Positions 1-9,330 of a stretch of 36,374 bases of DNA are shown in pieces. Origin of the DNA: Armatimonadota bacterium. Its GTDB lineage: Bacteria; Armatimonadota; SYMT01. The stretch is from assembly GCA_046292385.1 (NCBI GenBank), contig JBKBRF010000061.1, forward strand, positions 1 through 36,374, read 5' to 3'. Under the pieces are notes generated by a model that saw only the letters and a program-made list of their open reading frames with translations, was not told the origin of the DNA and made no database searches. The translations under genes and the position numbers were made by a program. How positions within the stretch are numbered: the first letter of the stretch is position 1; the number at the start of each line of letters is the position of its first letter.

Positions 1-139
1 CGCCGGAACGGAGCCGGCGGCGAAGAACCCGTGATGTCTTCGGCGCCGTCGGCTCCGTGGGGCTACGTACGGGAGCTACCCTCGAACTTTCCGCTTGACG
101 CGAAGCATAGAATCTCCAAAGCCTTCGGCCTGCGTGGAC

Positions 140-243
140 GTAGGGCGCTCGTGGTCAGGCGGTCGGGTGCCCCAGATCGGGAGACGCTCCCGCCTCGCTG
201 CCCTTGCGGCTTGGGGCTGCCCGATCTCTGCATCGCACCCTAC
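140..243. repeat. GTAG-type REP-like imperfect inverted repeat overlapping the hemB stop codon
   Basis: GTAGGGCGC (140-148) pairs with GCACCCTAC (235-243); inner AGATCGGG (174-181) pairs with CCCGATCT (220-227). Confidence 0.45.
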
Positions 244-1223
244 CTCAGCAGCGGGGCCGCTTCCTTGGCGTGGTAGGTGAGGATCAGGTCGGCGCCGGCG
301 CGCTTGATGCTGGTCAGGATCTCCAGCATCACCCGCTCTCCGTCGATCCAGCCGCGCTCGGCCGCCGCCTTCAGCATGGAGTACTCGCCGCTCACGTTGT
401 AGGCGGCCACCGGCACCTGCGTGACATCCTTCACCTCGCGGATGATGTCGAGGTAGGAGAGCGCCGGCTTCACCATCACCATGTCCGCGCCTTCGTCCAG
501 GTCCTGCAGCACTTCCTTGACCGCCTCGCGGCGGTTCGCCGGGTCCATCTGGTAGCTGCGGCGGTCGCCGAACTGCGGGGTGGAGCCGGCCGCTTCCCGG
601 AACGGGCCGTAGAAGCCGGAGGCGTACTTGGCGGCGTAGGAGAGGATCGGCACCTCGTCCCGGCCGGCCTGGTCCAGCGCGTAGCGGAGCGCGCCGATGC
701 GGCCGTCCATCATGTCGCTCGGCGCGATGACGTCCGCGCCGGCCTCCGCGTGGGAGACGGCGGTCCGCGCCAGCAGGGCGAGGGACGGGTCGTTCAGCAC
801 CTCGCCGTCCCGCACCACGCCGCAGTGGCCGTGGTCGGTGTACTCGCAGAGGCAGACGTCGGTGATCACCAGGAGCTCCGGCACCTCCCGCTTGATCTCG
901 CGCACCGCCCGCTGTACCACCCCTTCCGGATCGAAGGCGCCGGAGCCGCAGGCATCCTTCTCTTCCGGAATGCCGAAGAGCAGCACCGCGGGGATGCCGA
1001 GCGCCGCCACCTCGGCGCACTCCCCGGCGATCCGGTCGACCGACCAGTGGTAGTTGCCCGGCATCGCCGCGATCTCGCGCCGGGTGTTCGGCTGGTGCGT
1101 CACGAAGAGGGGATAGATCAGGTCGGCGGGAGAGACTTCAGTCTCGCGCACCATCCGGCGCAGCGTCTCGCTGCCGCGGAGCCGGCGCGGCCGGCGATCG
1201 GGAATTGGCAAGGCGTCAAACAT
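240..1223 (-). CDS. hemB: porphobilinogen synthase (delta-aminolevulinate dehydratase), Zn-dependent type
   Basis: RPRRLR N-terminus, [14 protein letters not shown]n motif, [30 protein letters not shown] Schiff-base Lys, [14 protein letters not shown]. Confidence 0.98.
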   Translation of the reverse strand: MFDALPIPDRRPRRLRGSETLRRMVRETEVSPADLIYPLFVTHQPNTRREIAAMPGNYHWSVDRIAGECAEVAALGIPAVLLFGIPEEKDACGSGAFDPEGVVQRAVREIKREVPELLVITDVCLCEYTDHGHCGVVRDGEVLNDPSLALLARTAVSHAEAGADVIAPSDMMDGRIGALRYALDQAGRDEVPILSYAAKYASGFYGPFREAAGSTPQFGDRRSYQMDPANRREAVKEVLQDLDEGADMVMVKPALSYLDIIREVKDVTQVPVAAYNVSGEYSMLKAAAERGWIDGERVMLEILTSIKRAGADLILTYHAKEAAPLLR

Positions 1224-1229
1224 GCCGCC

Positions 1230-1238
1230 ATTTTAGCA
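1230..1238 (-). promoter_or_regulatory. extended -10 element (TGcTAAAAT) 6 nt before the hemB ATG; probable leaderless transcript
   Basis: Minus strand reads TGCTAAAAT-GGCGGC-ATG, with no Shine-Dalgarno. Confidence 0.55.
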
Positions 1239-1463
1239 CGTGACCGGTCGAGTGCTCTCTACCCCACCGATTCAAACCCCGAGTCGCCGGCGGGCGCCTG
1301 AGAAGAATCTCACGCATCTATCCCGAGCAAGACGGTTAATATGGAGTTGTAAGAGCGAGCTTACAGGCGGAAAACGGGGTGCAACCTCTTTCGTTGGACG
1401 CGAGTCCAACCTCCGGAAACGGTGTGAGACGCGCGCCAGGGAGCGGCTCGCGGGAGGTATGAG

Positions 1464-2420
1464 ATGAGAACGTTGAATAGGACCGGCCTCGCTCTAGCAG
1501 CGGGCCTCCTCTCGCTGGGAGTCGCTTCGGCCGCGCAGGCGCAGTTCGGGCCTACCCCGCCGCCCCGGAACCCGGGAGAGCAGCTGCTGGAGCAGGGCTT
1601 CCAGTACGGCCGCATGAAGGGTCCCAAGCCGGGCTCCGGCGGCACGCTCACCCCGCCGCCTTCCTACCGGGTCCCGCCGACCGCCGTCACCGGCCGGTAC
1701 CGGCTCCACCCGGGCGGTGGTTACTACTACCCGGGCTATCCCGGTTACCCGTACTATCCGTACCAGCCGGGTTACGTCGGCGGCATCTACACGCCGTACG
1801 GCTACGTGCTGATTCCCGGTCAGCAGCGGGACGTCTACCGCAGCGAGACGGTGATCATTCAGGGCGTGCCGCAGCCGCAAGGCGGCTACGGTGCCCAGCC
1901 GCAGCAGAACGAGCGCCCGCCGCAGCGCCGCGAGACGCCGCGAGAGGAGCGCCCGAGCAGCCCGTCCCGCGGCGAGGGGGGCTTCTATCTCGACCGCCAG
2001 CCGGCGGCCGAGGGCCTGACCGACGCCCTGGACGACATCCGCAAGGCGTGGCTCAACGGCGACTTCGAGCGGCTGAAGGCACGGTTCGAGCCGGCAGGGA
2101 AGGTCGGGATCTTCCTGAAGGGCGACTTCAAGTACGCGATGGACGCGCCCGAGTTCCAGCGCGTCATCCGGGACGCGATGTCGCAGATCGACACCCTCGC
2201 CTTCGAGCTCGACCGTCCTCGCTCGGAAGAGGCGGGCCGCGTCTTCGTGACCGGCAAGCACACCTTCCTGAACGCGGAAAAGGAGCGGAAGGAGACGTTC
2301 ATCTCCTACGGGCTCCTGCGGGTCGACGGCAAGTGGAAGATCGTGGAAGCCGGCTCCTCCAGCGAGCCGATCACTGCCCACCGCCACCCGGCCGCGGAGC
2401 CCGAGCCGAAGGACGAGTAG
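1464..2420 (+). CDS. secreted protein with Gly/Tyr/Pro-rich low-complexity region and C-terminal NTF2-like domain
   Basis: GGAGG RBS; signal peptide ending AAQA; GGGYYYPGYPGYPYYPY segment; C-terminal alpha/beta domain ending with the typical NTF2 motif L-x-x-x-DGKWKIV. Confidence 0.8.
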   Translation: MRTLNRTGLALAAGLLSLGVASAAQAQFGPTPPPRNPGEQLLEQGFQYGRMKGPKPGSGGTLTPPPSYRVPPTAVTGRYRLHPGGGYYYPGYPGYPYYPYQPGYVGGIYTPYGYVLIPGQQRDVYRSETVIIQGVPQPQGGYGAQPQQNERPPQRRETPREERPSSPSRGEGGFYLDRQPAAEGLTDALDDIRKAWLNGDFERLKARFEPAGKVGIFLKGDFKYAMDAPEFQRVIRDAMSQIDTLAFELDRPRSEEAGRVFVTGKHTFLNAEKERKETFISYGLLRVDGKWKIVEAGSSSEPITAHRHPAAEPEPKDE

Positions 2421-2425
2421 CGGTT

Positions 2426-2649
2426 GTATTCCGTAGCGCGCATCGCGCAGCGGTCCGCTGCTGCCGCTTTGCGGAAGACCCTGCCGGGCGGGAGGCTAGA
2501 ATCAGCTTCCCGCCCGGCAGTCGCTTTCTGGCAAGAGCGCGAAGTTGCCGCAGCCCGTCGGACAAACCATTCGCTGAGCACAGCCTCCCGCCCGGCAGTC
2601 GCTTGGGGTGCAGCGGCAGCGGCGCGCCGCTACGCACTACGCAATACGC
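2426..2649. repeat. nested intergenic inverted-repeat element with heptamer (TACGCAA-like) termini
   Basis: GTATTCCGTAGCG (2426-2438) versus CGCTACGCACTACGCAATACGC (2628-2649); inner CTGCCGGGCGGGAGGCT (2481-2497) pairs with AGCCTCCCGCCCGGCAG (2582-2598); CCCGCCCGGCAGTCGCTT is present twice. Confidence 0.75.
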
Positions 2650-2708
2650 CGCCCATCGGGAGACGCAGCGCCCCGCGAATCACCGCCAGGCCTCTCGGGA
2701 GTAGGCTG

Positions 2709-3602
2709 CTACTCCTCCCACACCTCCCGCCGCATCGCGCCCTCCCAGTCGTAGAAGAGGTAGACGAGCGTGCGGTACGGGCGGAAGCGGTCGAAGGTAA
2801 GGACCAGCTCCCGGTCGGGCACGTCGCGGCCGCCGAACCAGGCGTCGCGCACCGTCTTGCGGAACCAGCTGTCGACCGGCAGGTGGTCGTACCGGCCGAG
2901 CAGCATCAGCACGTTGGCGGCGGCGTAGGGGCCGATGCCGCGGAGGGCGCGCAGCCTTCCCTCCACCTCGGCTTCGGACAGCGCGGGATCCTTCAGCGCT
3001 TCCAGATCCAGGCGGCTCTCCGCGACGGCCCGCGCGAGCTCCCGCAGCGGCCCGGCGCGATAGCCGACCCGGCACTCCCGCTGCAGGGTCACCTCGTCGA
3101 AGTCGGCCGCCGCCTCCGGCGTGGGGAAGGCGCGGCTGCCGTCCGGGTGGGGGACGCCGGCCAGGCGGACGAAGCGGTCGGTCATCGCCACCGTCTGCCG
3201 CCAGGTGGTGTTGACGCTGAAGAGCGTCTTCACCAGGTCTTCCCAAACGGTGGGGCAGCGCAGGATCCGCCCCTTTCCGTGCTCCGCCGCCTCGCGGAGC
3301 CCCGGGTCGGCCTCGCAGAGCTGGTGGAACGGGTCGAACTGCTCGTCGAGCGCCAGCACCCACCGGACCCGGCGCTCCAGCTCCTCGCGGTACTCCGGGC
3401 CGGCGTCCGCGCGCACCTCCACGCCGTCCGCCGTCTCCCGCAGCTGCAGGCGCGACACGGAGCCGGAGGGGAGCAGCTCCGTCCGGAACAGGGTCTCGCT
3501 CTCCGCGTCCCACGTGTAAGGAGCGAGCCGGAGCCAGCCGTGAGAGAAAACGACGTCGCGAAAGCGGAAACGGGGCGGCGGGAGGAGATGGAATTGGAGC
3601 AT
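2709..3602 (-). CDS. HhH-GPD base-excision DNA glycosylase (AlkA/OGG1-like, probably monofunctional)
   Basis: WEDLVKTLFSVN, FPTPE, GYRA, HhH motif LRGIGPYAA, LPVD catalytic Asp; Tyr stands where bifunctional lyases have Lys. Confidence 0.9.
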   Translation of the reverse strand: MLQFHLLPPPRFRFRDVVFSHGWLRLAPYTWDAESETLFRTELLPSGSVSRLQLRETADGVEVRADAGPEYREELERRVRWVLALDEQFDPFHQLCEADPGLREAAEHGKGRILRCPTVWEDLVKTLFSVNTTWRQTVAMTDRFVRLAGVPHPDGSRAFPTPEAAADFDEVTLQRECRVGYRAGPLRELARAVAESRLDLEALKDPALSEAEVEGRLRALRGIGPYAAANVLMLLGRYDHLPVDSWFRKTVRDAWFGGRDVPDRELVLTFDRFRPYRTLVYLFYDWEGAMRREVWEE

Positions 3603-3712
3603 GTGGGGAAGATTGACCGTTCCGGCTTCAGTTCCGGGGAAGACGAGGATACTATAACTTTCGAGGCGCAGGATGGGAGCGGCCAGGGTGCAAGCCGGGG
3701 CGGGAGGAAGCG

Positions 3713-4006
3713 ATGTCGTTGAAGCGGGGTCTGTGGCTGAGCCTGATCGACGAGGGCGGAGAAGCGACGCTCGTAGCGTGCGACGTGCTGGAGCGTAATG
3801 ACTCGCACTGGCGCCTCGAAGCCCTGGTGCCGCCGCAGGTCTATCCGGTCACCTTCGTCGCGGCCCGGCTGCGGCTGGACGGGCACTTCCTGGGACTGAT
3901 CCGGCTGCCGGAGCCGCAGACGACGGTGACCCACGAGCCGATGTTCCTGACGATCGATTTTCCCGTCGACCCCACGCGGTTCGCCGCGCTGGAACGCGCC
4001 TCCTGA
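3713..4006 (+). CDS. hypothetical protein (97 aa)
   Basis: GGGAGG RBS before the ATG, host-like GC3 codon usage, divergent from the glycosylase; no recognised motif. Confidence 0.7.
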   Translation: MSLKRGLWLSLIDEGGEATLVACDVLERNDSHWRLEALVPPQVYPVTFVAARLRLDGHFLGLIRLPEPQTTVTHEPMFLTIDFPVDPTRFAALERAS

Positions 4007-4150
4007 TCGGAAAGATTCTCGACGCGCGGCCCCTGCGAACAGACACGCCTGGAACCTGCCGAATCGGCGGCTCCAGGCGTGTTTTCGTGCCTGGGTGTAC
4101 CGTTTGATTGACCGGGCAGGGCCGGCTCGCTCGCCCACCAGTCGGGTCCC

Positions 4151-4208
4151 TGAAACACTGACTGAAACTGCAGTCTACCCGGAACTCCTGAGGTCTAAAC
4201 GTCGTCTA
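4151..4208 (+). promoter_or_regulatory. tandem ECF-sigma-type promoters
   Basis: TGAAAC-N16-GTCTA (4151-4177) and GGAACT-N16-CGTCTA (4181-4208) upstream of the peptidase gene. Confidence 0.55.
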
Positions 4209-4320
4209 TAACGATGTCCAGTCATACCAAGCGGACTTTGCTCCGCATGCCCAACCGCTTCCTCCTTAGTGGTATCCGGGCCCCGCATTAAGAAATCGCC
4301 AGGAAGGAGAATTCCACCGG

Positions 4321-4989
4321 ATGTTGACCCGTACCTTGCGTCTGGCGACGCTTCCCGGGTGTGTTACGCTGCTGTGCGCGCTCAACGCGCAGGCGCCGCA
4401 GGCGTTCTTGCCGCCGGCTATCTCGCATAGCCCGCTGGCGGCCCAGCCGAAAGTAGAGCCCGCCCCGCCGCGCGAGAAGAAGGAAGTCTCCCGGCTTCTC
4501 GCCGTGGACAACCGCATCGCCAAGCGAGTGAACCAGCTCCGTCCGTGTGTGAAGCACCGGCTGTCCCGCGTACTCAGCCGGCTGCCGGAAAAGGTCAGCA
4601 TCCTGGTCACGTCCGCCCATCGCACCACCGCCGAGCAGGCCTCGCTGCGGCCGACGTTCGGCATCAAGGCGAAGCCGGGAACCAGCACCCACGAGGATGG
4701 CCGCGCCGTCGACGTGAACGTCTTTGTGGATGGAGAGCGGGTGCCGCCGCGCCGCCACAATAAGGTGATCGGCAAGGCGATGGCGCTGGAAGGCTTCAAG
4801 TACCTCGGCCCGTCCGACCCGGTGCACTACAGCGTGCCGAAGTGGGAGCTGGACAAGACTGCCGAGGACGTGGAGCTTCCGGTGATGACGATGGCCGAGG
4901 CGGAAGAAGCGATCGCCCACAACGAGGCGCTCGAGCGTGAGGAGACTCAGCAGGCCACTGCCCTTGTCAATGCCGCCGCCGCGCCCTAG
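4321..4989 (+). CDS. secreted M15-type (LAS superfamily) Zn peptidase, peptidoglycan D,D/L,D-peptidase-like
   Basis: AGGAAGGAG RBS, signal peptide; VTSAHRT..EQ, PGTSTHEDGRAVD (SxHxxGxAxD) and DPVH Zn-ligand motifs. Confidence 0.8.
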   Translation: MLTRTLRLATLPGCVTLLCALNAQAPQAFLPPAISHSPLAAQPKVEPAPPREKKEVSRLLAVDNRIAKRVNQLRPCVKHRLSRVLSRLPEKVSILVTSAHRTTAEQASLRPTFGIKAKPGTSTHEDGRAVDVNVFVDGERVPPRRHNKVIGKAMALEGFKYLGPSDPVHYSVPKWELDKTAEDVELPVMTMAEAEEAIAHNEALEREETQQATALVNAAAAP

Positions 4990-5036
4990 TTACTCTTGAA
5001 TGGCCGCCGCCGGGCGGCGGCCGGAAGGGAGCGGGG

Positions 5037-7964
5037 ATGAAGCGCCGCGCGCGCGCGGGGAGGTTCGCCGGATCGAGGGCACGCGGCGCGGCGATGGGGG
5101 CGCTGCTGCTCGTCCTCGCCGCCTTCCTCTCGCTTCTCTCGCTCTCCGCCCACGCCGCGGAGGACCCGCCCCGGGTGGAGCGGGTTCTCGTCGCGTTTCA
5201 GCCCGGCGCCCCGGCGCCCCGGCGGAGCGAGCTGCTCGCCCGCCTGGGCGTAGTACCGGACCCTTCCGTTAACAGCCGCTACTTCACCCGCCTCTCCCTT
5301 CCCGGACCCTTCCGCTCCCCCGCCGGCGCGGCGCGGCTGATCTCTCTGCTGCGGCGCGATCCATCCGTGCGGGTGGTGGAGCCGGACTGGAAGCTGCGCG
5401 CGTTTGCACTGCCGGACGATCCGGAGCTGCCGCGCCTCTGGGGCTTCCACAACACCGGCCAGACCGGTGGGCGGGTCGACGCCGACGTCGACGCGCCGGA
5501 GGCGTGGGGGATCACGACCGGGAGCGAGGTGGTAACGGTGGCCGTGGTCGACAGCGGGATCGACCTGGATCATCCGGATCTCCGCACCCAGCTCCTGCGG
5601 AGCAGCGACGGGTCGATCGTCGGCTACGACTTTCTGAACCAGGACGAGGACCCGCGCGACGACTTCGGCCACGGCACGCACGTGGCAGGGACGATCGCGG
5701 CGCGGAGCGGGAACGGCATCGGCGCCGCCGGTCTTGCCCCCGGGGTGCGGCTGATGCCGCTCAAGTTCCTGGACCAGGCTGGCTTCGGCGACACCTCCAA
5801 CGCGATCCTGAGCATCGACTTCGCCCTCGCGCGCCGCGTCTCGGTGATCAACTGCAGCTTCGGCGGCGGCGATTACAGCATTCTGATGCGGGAGGCGCTC
5901 CAGCGGGCGCGAGACGCGGGCGTGCTGGTGGTGGCCGCCGCGGGAAACGACCAGGCGAACGTCGAGGCGATCCCCTCCTTCCCCGCCGGCTACAACGCGG
6001 AGCTCGACAACGTGCTCTCGGTCGCGGCCACCACCCATGACGACACCCTCGCCTCGTTCTCCAACTACGGCGCACGGGCCGTCGATCTCGCCGCGCCGGG
6101 CCAGACGATCTACAGCACCGTCCCCCACGGCTACGGCTACAAGAGCGGCACCTCGATGGCAGCGCCGCTCGTCTCCGCCGCCGCCGCCCTGCTCCGCTCG
6201 CGCAAGCCGTCGATCGGCATCCCGGAGCTGCGGACACGGCTGCTGGCGACGGCCGACCGCGTGCCGGCACTGGCGCCCTTGGTGGCGTCGGGCCGGCTGA
6301 ACGCGGCCCGCGCCCTGGCCGCGGATCCGATCGCACCGGGGGCTCCGGCCGGCTTCCACGTTTCCCACCGCGCCGCGGACGGGGTGCTGCTGCGCTGGAA
6401 AGCGAGCGGAGACGACGGTCCGGCCGGGGCCGCCTCCGCCTACGAGCTGTGGCATTCCACGCAGCCGATCACCCCGGAGCGCCTTCCCCTGTTGGAGCGC
6501 GCGGAGCGAGTCCCCGTCCCCGGCTCGTCCGGAGCCTCGGAGCAGTGGCTCTTCTCCAGTCTGGAGGCCGGCAAGGCGTACTACTTCGCGCTCCGGGCGA
6601 TGGATGACGGGGGAAACGTCTCGCCGCTGATCACGCTCGGACCGGTCGAGACGCTCGGCTTCCCCGCCGATCGGGCGCTTTTCTTCGACAACGCGGAAGG
6701 CGGCCCGCTCTTCGCCGGGCCTTCGCCGTGGGGGATCTCCGCGGAGCAGAGCTTCAGCCCCACCCGGGCCTATTCGGACAGCCCCGGCGCCCCGTACCGG
6801 AGCCATCTGAACCTGCCGCTCACGCAGAGTGCCGGCGTGACCCTGACCGGGGTGGTCCCGGAGCTGCGGTTCGCCGCCCGCACGGAGCTGGAGCCGTTCT
6901 ACGACCAGCTCCTGGTGGAGCTCTCCCGCGATGACGGCGCCACCTGGCACCGGCTTCCGCTCGTCCTGACGGGCGAGAGCGGCTGGACGCGTCACCGCCT
7001 GCCGCTCTCCCGGGAGTTGGGCGAGAGTGTCCGCGTCCGCTTCCGGCTCCTGACCGACGCGGTGGAGACCGACAACGGGGTCTGGTTGGACGACATCGAG
7101 CTAGGAGGCACGGCGCTCTATCCGGTCGACGTCCCGCTCCCCGCGGCGCCGGGTGGACTGGCCGCACACGCCGCGCGTCCGGGGGAGATCGACTTGGCGT
7201 GGACCGACCGGAGCGGCGACGAAGCGGAGTACCACGTAGAGCGGCGCGGCACGGACGGCCTCTTCCGGCGGATGGCGGTGCTTCCGCCCGACTCGACCGC
7301 CTTTACCGACACGACGGTCGCGGCTGGAGAGACCTACAGCTACCGCGTGGCCGCCGTGAACGGGGCCGGACCGTCCGCCTATTCCATCAACGTCGACGCC
7401 ACCGCACTCCCGCCCCCGCCTACCGTTCCCGGAGGGCTGCGGCTGCGGATCGAGAGCGGCTCGGTGACCGTGCTCTGGAGCCCCTCCGCCGGCGCGGAGA
7501 GCTACCGCGTGAAGCGGAGCCTGAAGCCGCTCGAGGATTTCCAGGTGGTGGGCGACGCGGTGACCGGGACCTCCTTCACCGACCTGGGGGTGGAGACCGG
7601 GACCACCTACTACTTCGTCGTGAGCGCCGTCAACCGCGGCGGCGAGAGCGCCAACTCGAGCGCCGTCTCCGTCACCCCCGGCGTCGACGAGCCCCCGCTC
7701 CCGCCGACCCGCCTGCGCGGCACCGCGAAGGGCAAGAAAGTACGCCTCAAGTGGCGGCAGTCGGCCTCCAGAGGCGTGGTGGCGAACCGGATCTACTCGG
7801 CCCGCGCGAAACAGGGTCCGTTCGAGCTGCTGGTGGAGCAGAAGGCGTCGACCACGGCGCTGGTTCCTTCCCCCGGCCGCGGCAAGCGCTTCTACGTCGT
7901 CACCGCCGTCGACCTCGCCGCCCGCGAGAGCCGAGCTTCGAAAGCGGTGGCGGTGAAGAGATGA
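5037..7964 (+). CDS. secreted S8 subtilisin-like serine protease with propeptide, FN3 repeats and a jelly-roll-like domain (start may be the downstream ATG near 5093)
   Basis: Catalytic triad VAVVDSG, HGTHVAG, GTSMAAP; AAAGN oxyanion hole; several FN3 motifs (L-x-W...YYFxVxAVN). Confidence 0.95.
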   Translation: MKRRARAGRFAGSRARGAAMGALLLVLAAFLSLLSLSAHAAEDPPRVERVLVAFQPGAPAPRRSELLARLGVVPDPSVNSRYFTRLSLPGPFRSPAGAARLISLLRRDPSVRVVEPDWKLRAFALPDDPELPRLWGFHNTGQTGGRVDADVDAPEAWGITTGSEVVTVAVVDSGIDLDHPDLRTQLLRSSDGSIVGYDFLNQDEDPRDDFGHGTHVAGTIAARSGNGIGAAGLAPGVRLMPLKFLDQAGFGDTSNAILSIDFALARRVSVINCSFGGGDYSILMREALQRARDAGVLVVAAAGNDQANVEAIPSFPAGYNAELDNVLSVAATTHDDTLASFSNYGARAVDLAAPGQTIYSTVPHGYGYKSGTSMAAPLVSAAAALLRSRKPSIGIPELRTRLLATADRVPALAPLVASGRLNAARALAADPIAPGAPAGFHVSHRAADGVLLRWKASGDDGPAGAASAYELWHSTQPITPERLPLLERAERVPVPGSSGASEQWLFSSLEAGKAYYFALRAMDDGGNVSPLITLGPVETLGFPADRALFFDNAEGGPLFAGPSPWGISAEQSFSPTRAYSDSPGAPYRSHLNLPLTQSAGVTLTGVVPELRFAARTELEPFYDQLLVELSRDDGATWHRLPLVLTGESGWTRHRLPLSRELGESVRVRFRLLTDAVETDNGVWLDDIELGGTALYPVDVPLPAAPGGLAAHAARPGEIDLAWTDRSGDEAEYHVERRGTDGLFRRMAVLPPDSTAFTDTTVAAGETYSYRVAAVNGAGPSAYSINVDATALPPPPTVPGGLRLRIESGSVTVLWSPSAGAESYRVKRSLKPLEDFQVVGDAVTGTSFTDLGVETGTTYYFVVSAVNRGGESANSSAVSVTPGVDEPPLPPTRLRGTAKGKKVRLKWRQSASRGVVANRIYSARAKQGPFELLVEQKASTTALVPSPGRGKRFYVVTAVDLAARESRASKAVAVKR

Positions 7965-8034
7965 GGCTGGCTTACGTGGGATGAGACTCGTTTACGTGGG
8001 ATGAGGCGGGATTGGAGGGCAGGTGCGCCGCCCG

Positions 8035-8328
8035 GGGGAGGCGTACTGCGTATCGCGTATTCCGTAGCGAGGCGCCTCTTCCGCTCTCCATCACGTCGTG
8101 CCGAGCGGAACGTCTGTAGAGCCTCTCGCCCGTCACCATGTGGCAGGGAAGCGGGAAGGGCGAATCATACGGTGCGCACACTCCTGGTGCGTGATCCGCG
8201 GCGGCGAGCTATGTCGGCTCGAGAGATCGCGCCGGGCGAGATGCTGTGCAGCGTTTCGCCCGGCACGACGTAAAGGTGAAGCGGAGACGGCCCCCCGCTA
8301 CGTAATACGCAATACTCGATACGCCCCC
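8035..8328. repeat. ~290-bp nested inverted-repeat element with GCGTAYN heptamer arms
   Basis: GCGTACT-GCGTATC-GCGTATT-CCGTAGCG (8041-8069) versus CGCTACGTAATACGCAATACTCGATACGC (8296-8324); inner CGTCGTGCCGAGCGGAACG pairs with CGTTTCGCCCGGCACGACG. Confidence 0.85.
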
Positions 8329-8383
8329 ACCGGGACACAGCCGTCATCCCCGCGCGGCAACCCCAGCCTCCGCCGAAGAACCC

Positions 8384-9196
8384 CTACTTCTTCCCCAGCT
8401 CTTCCGCTCTCCGCGTGGCGGCCTCGACGGCGCGGATGAGGCCGGAGCGCACGCCCGCTTCTTCCAGCGCGGCCAGGCCGGCGATGGTGGTGCCGCCCGG
8501 GGTGGCGACGCGGTCTTTCCAGACCGCGGGGTGGTCTCCCGTCTCCAGGATCAGCTTCGCCCCGCCGAGCAGCGTCTGCGCCGCCAGGGTGAGGGCAATG
8601 TCTCGCGGGAGGCCCATCCGGACTCCGCCATCGGCCAGCGCTTCGATCAGCAGGCAGACGTAGGCGGGACCGCTGCCGCTCAGGCCGGTGACCGCGTCGA
8701 TCAGCCGCTCCGGCACCTCCACGCAGCGTCCGCCGGCGCCGAGCAGCTCGCGGGCCAGGGCGGCGTGCTCCTCCGCGGCGTGGGTCCCGCGGCAGAAGCC
8801 GGAGGCGCCTTCTCCCACCAGCACCGGGGTGTTCGGCATCACGCGGATCACCGGGACGCCTGCGCCCGCCAGCCCCTCCAGGGTGGCCACCGTCAGTCCC
8901 GCCGCGATCGAGACGACGAGCTGCTCCGGCCGCAGGCGCTCTCGCAGCCCTCCCAGCACCTCCGGCACCAGCGGCGGCTTGACGGCGAGGACCACCACGT
9001 CGGCGCCCTCCGCCGCCTCCTCGTTCGCCGCCACGACGCGCACGCCGAGCGGAGCCAGCGCCTCCCGCCGGGCCGCCACCGGCTCGGAGACCGAGATGCG
9101 GTCCGGCGGGACGGTGCCGGTGTCGACAAGCGAGCGGAGGATGGCGGTCGCCATGACGCCGCCGCCGATGAACGCGATCCGTTTCTCGAGTGCCAT
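8384..9196 (-). CDS. proC: pyrroline-5-carboxylate reductase
   Basis: IAFIGGGVMA, LAVKP, VSIAAG, RVMPNTP, TGLSGSGPAY, VATPGGTTIAG. Confidence 0.98.
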   Translation of the reverse strand: MALEKRIAFIGGGVMATAILRSLVDTGTVPPDRISVSEPVAARREALAPLGVRVVAANEEAAEGADVVVLAVKPPLVPEVLGGLRERLRPEQLVVSIAAGLTVATLEGLAGAGVPVIRVMPNTPVLVGEGASGFCRGTHAAEEHAALARELLGAGGRCVEVPERLIDAVTGLSGSGPAYVCLLIEALADGGVRMGLPRDIALTLAAQTLLGGAKLILETGDHPAVWKDRVATPGGTTIAGLAALEEAGVRSGLIRAVEAATRRAEELGKK

Positions 9197-9315
9197 GCTG
9201 GTGAGAGGGAGCGAGCCGGAAGACCGGTGAATCCGGAGAGCGGGGGACGGTTAGAGGTATCACGGATCGCGGTCCGCGGTGCGGCGGCGCCGCTTTGCCG
9301 CCCGGCGCGGTTTCC

Positions 9316-9324
9316 TGCTAGAGT
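9316..9324 (+). promoter_or_regulatory. extended -10 element (TGcTAGAGT) 6 nt before the ATG; probable leaderless transcript
   Basis: TGCTAGAGT-GCCGGT-ATG, with no SD. Confidence 0.45.
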
Positions 9325-9330
9325 GCCGGT

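Noticed and set aside
4986..6995. Long antisense or alternate-frame ORFs over real genes (e.g. 4986-6995, 10196-12046, 14530-16203, 28095-29552, 34517-35845)
   Set aside because: Expected stop-codon scarcity in high-GC DNA; no motifs, and they fully overlap well-supported genes.
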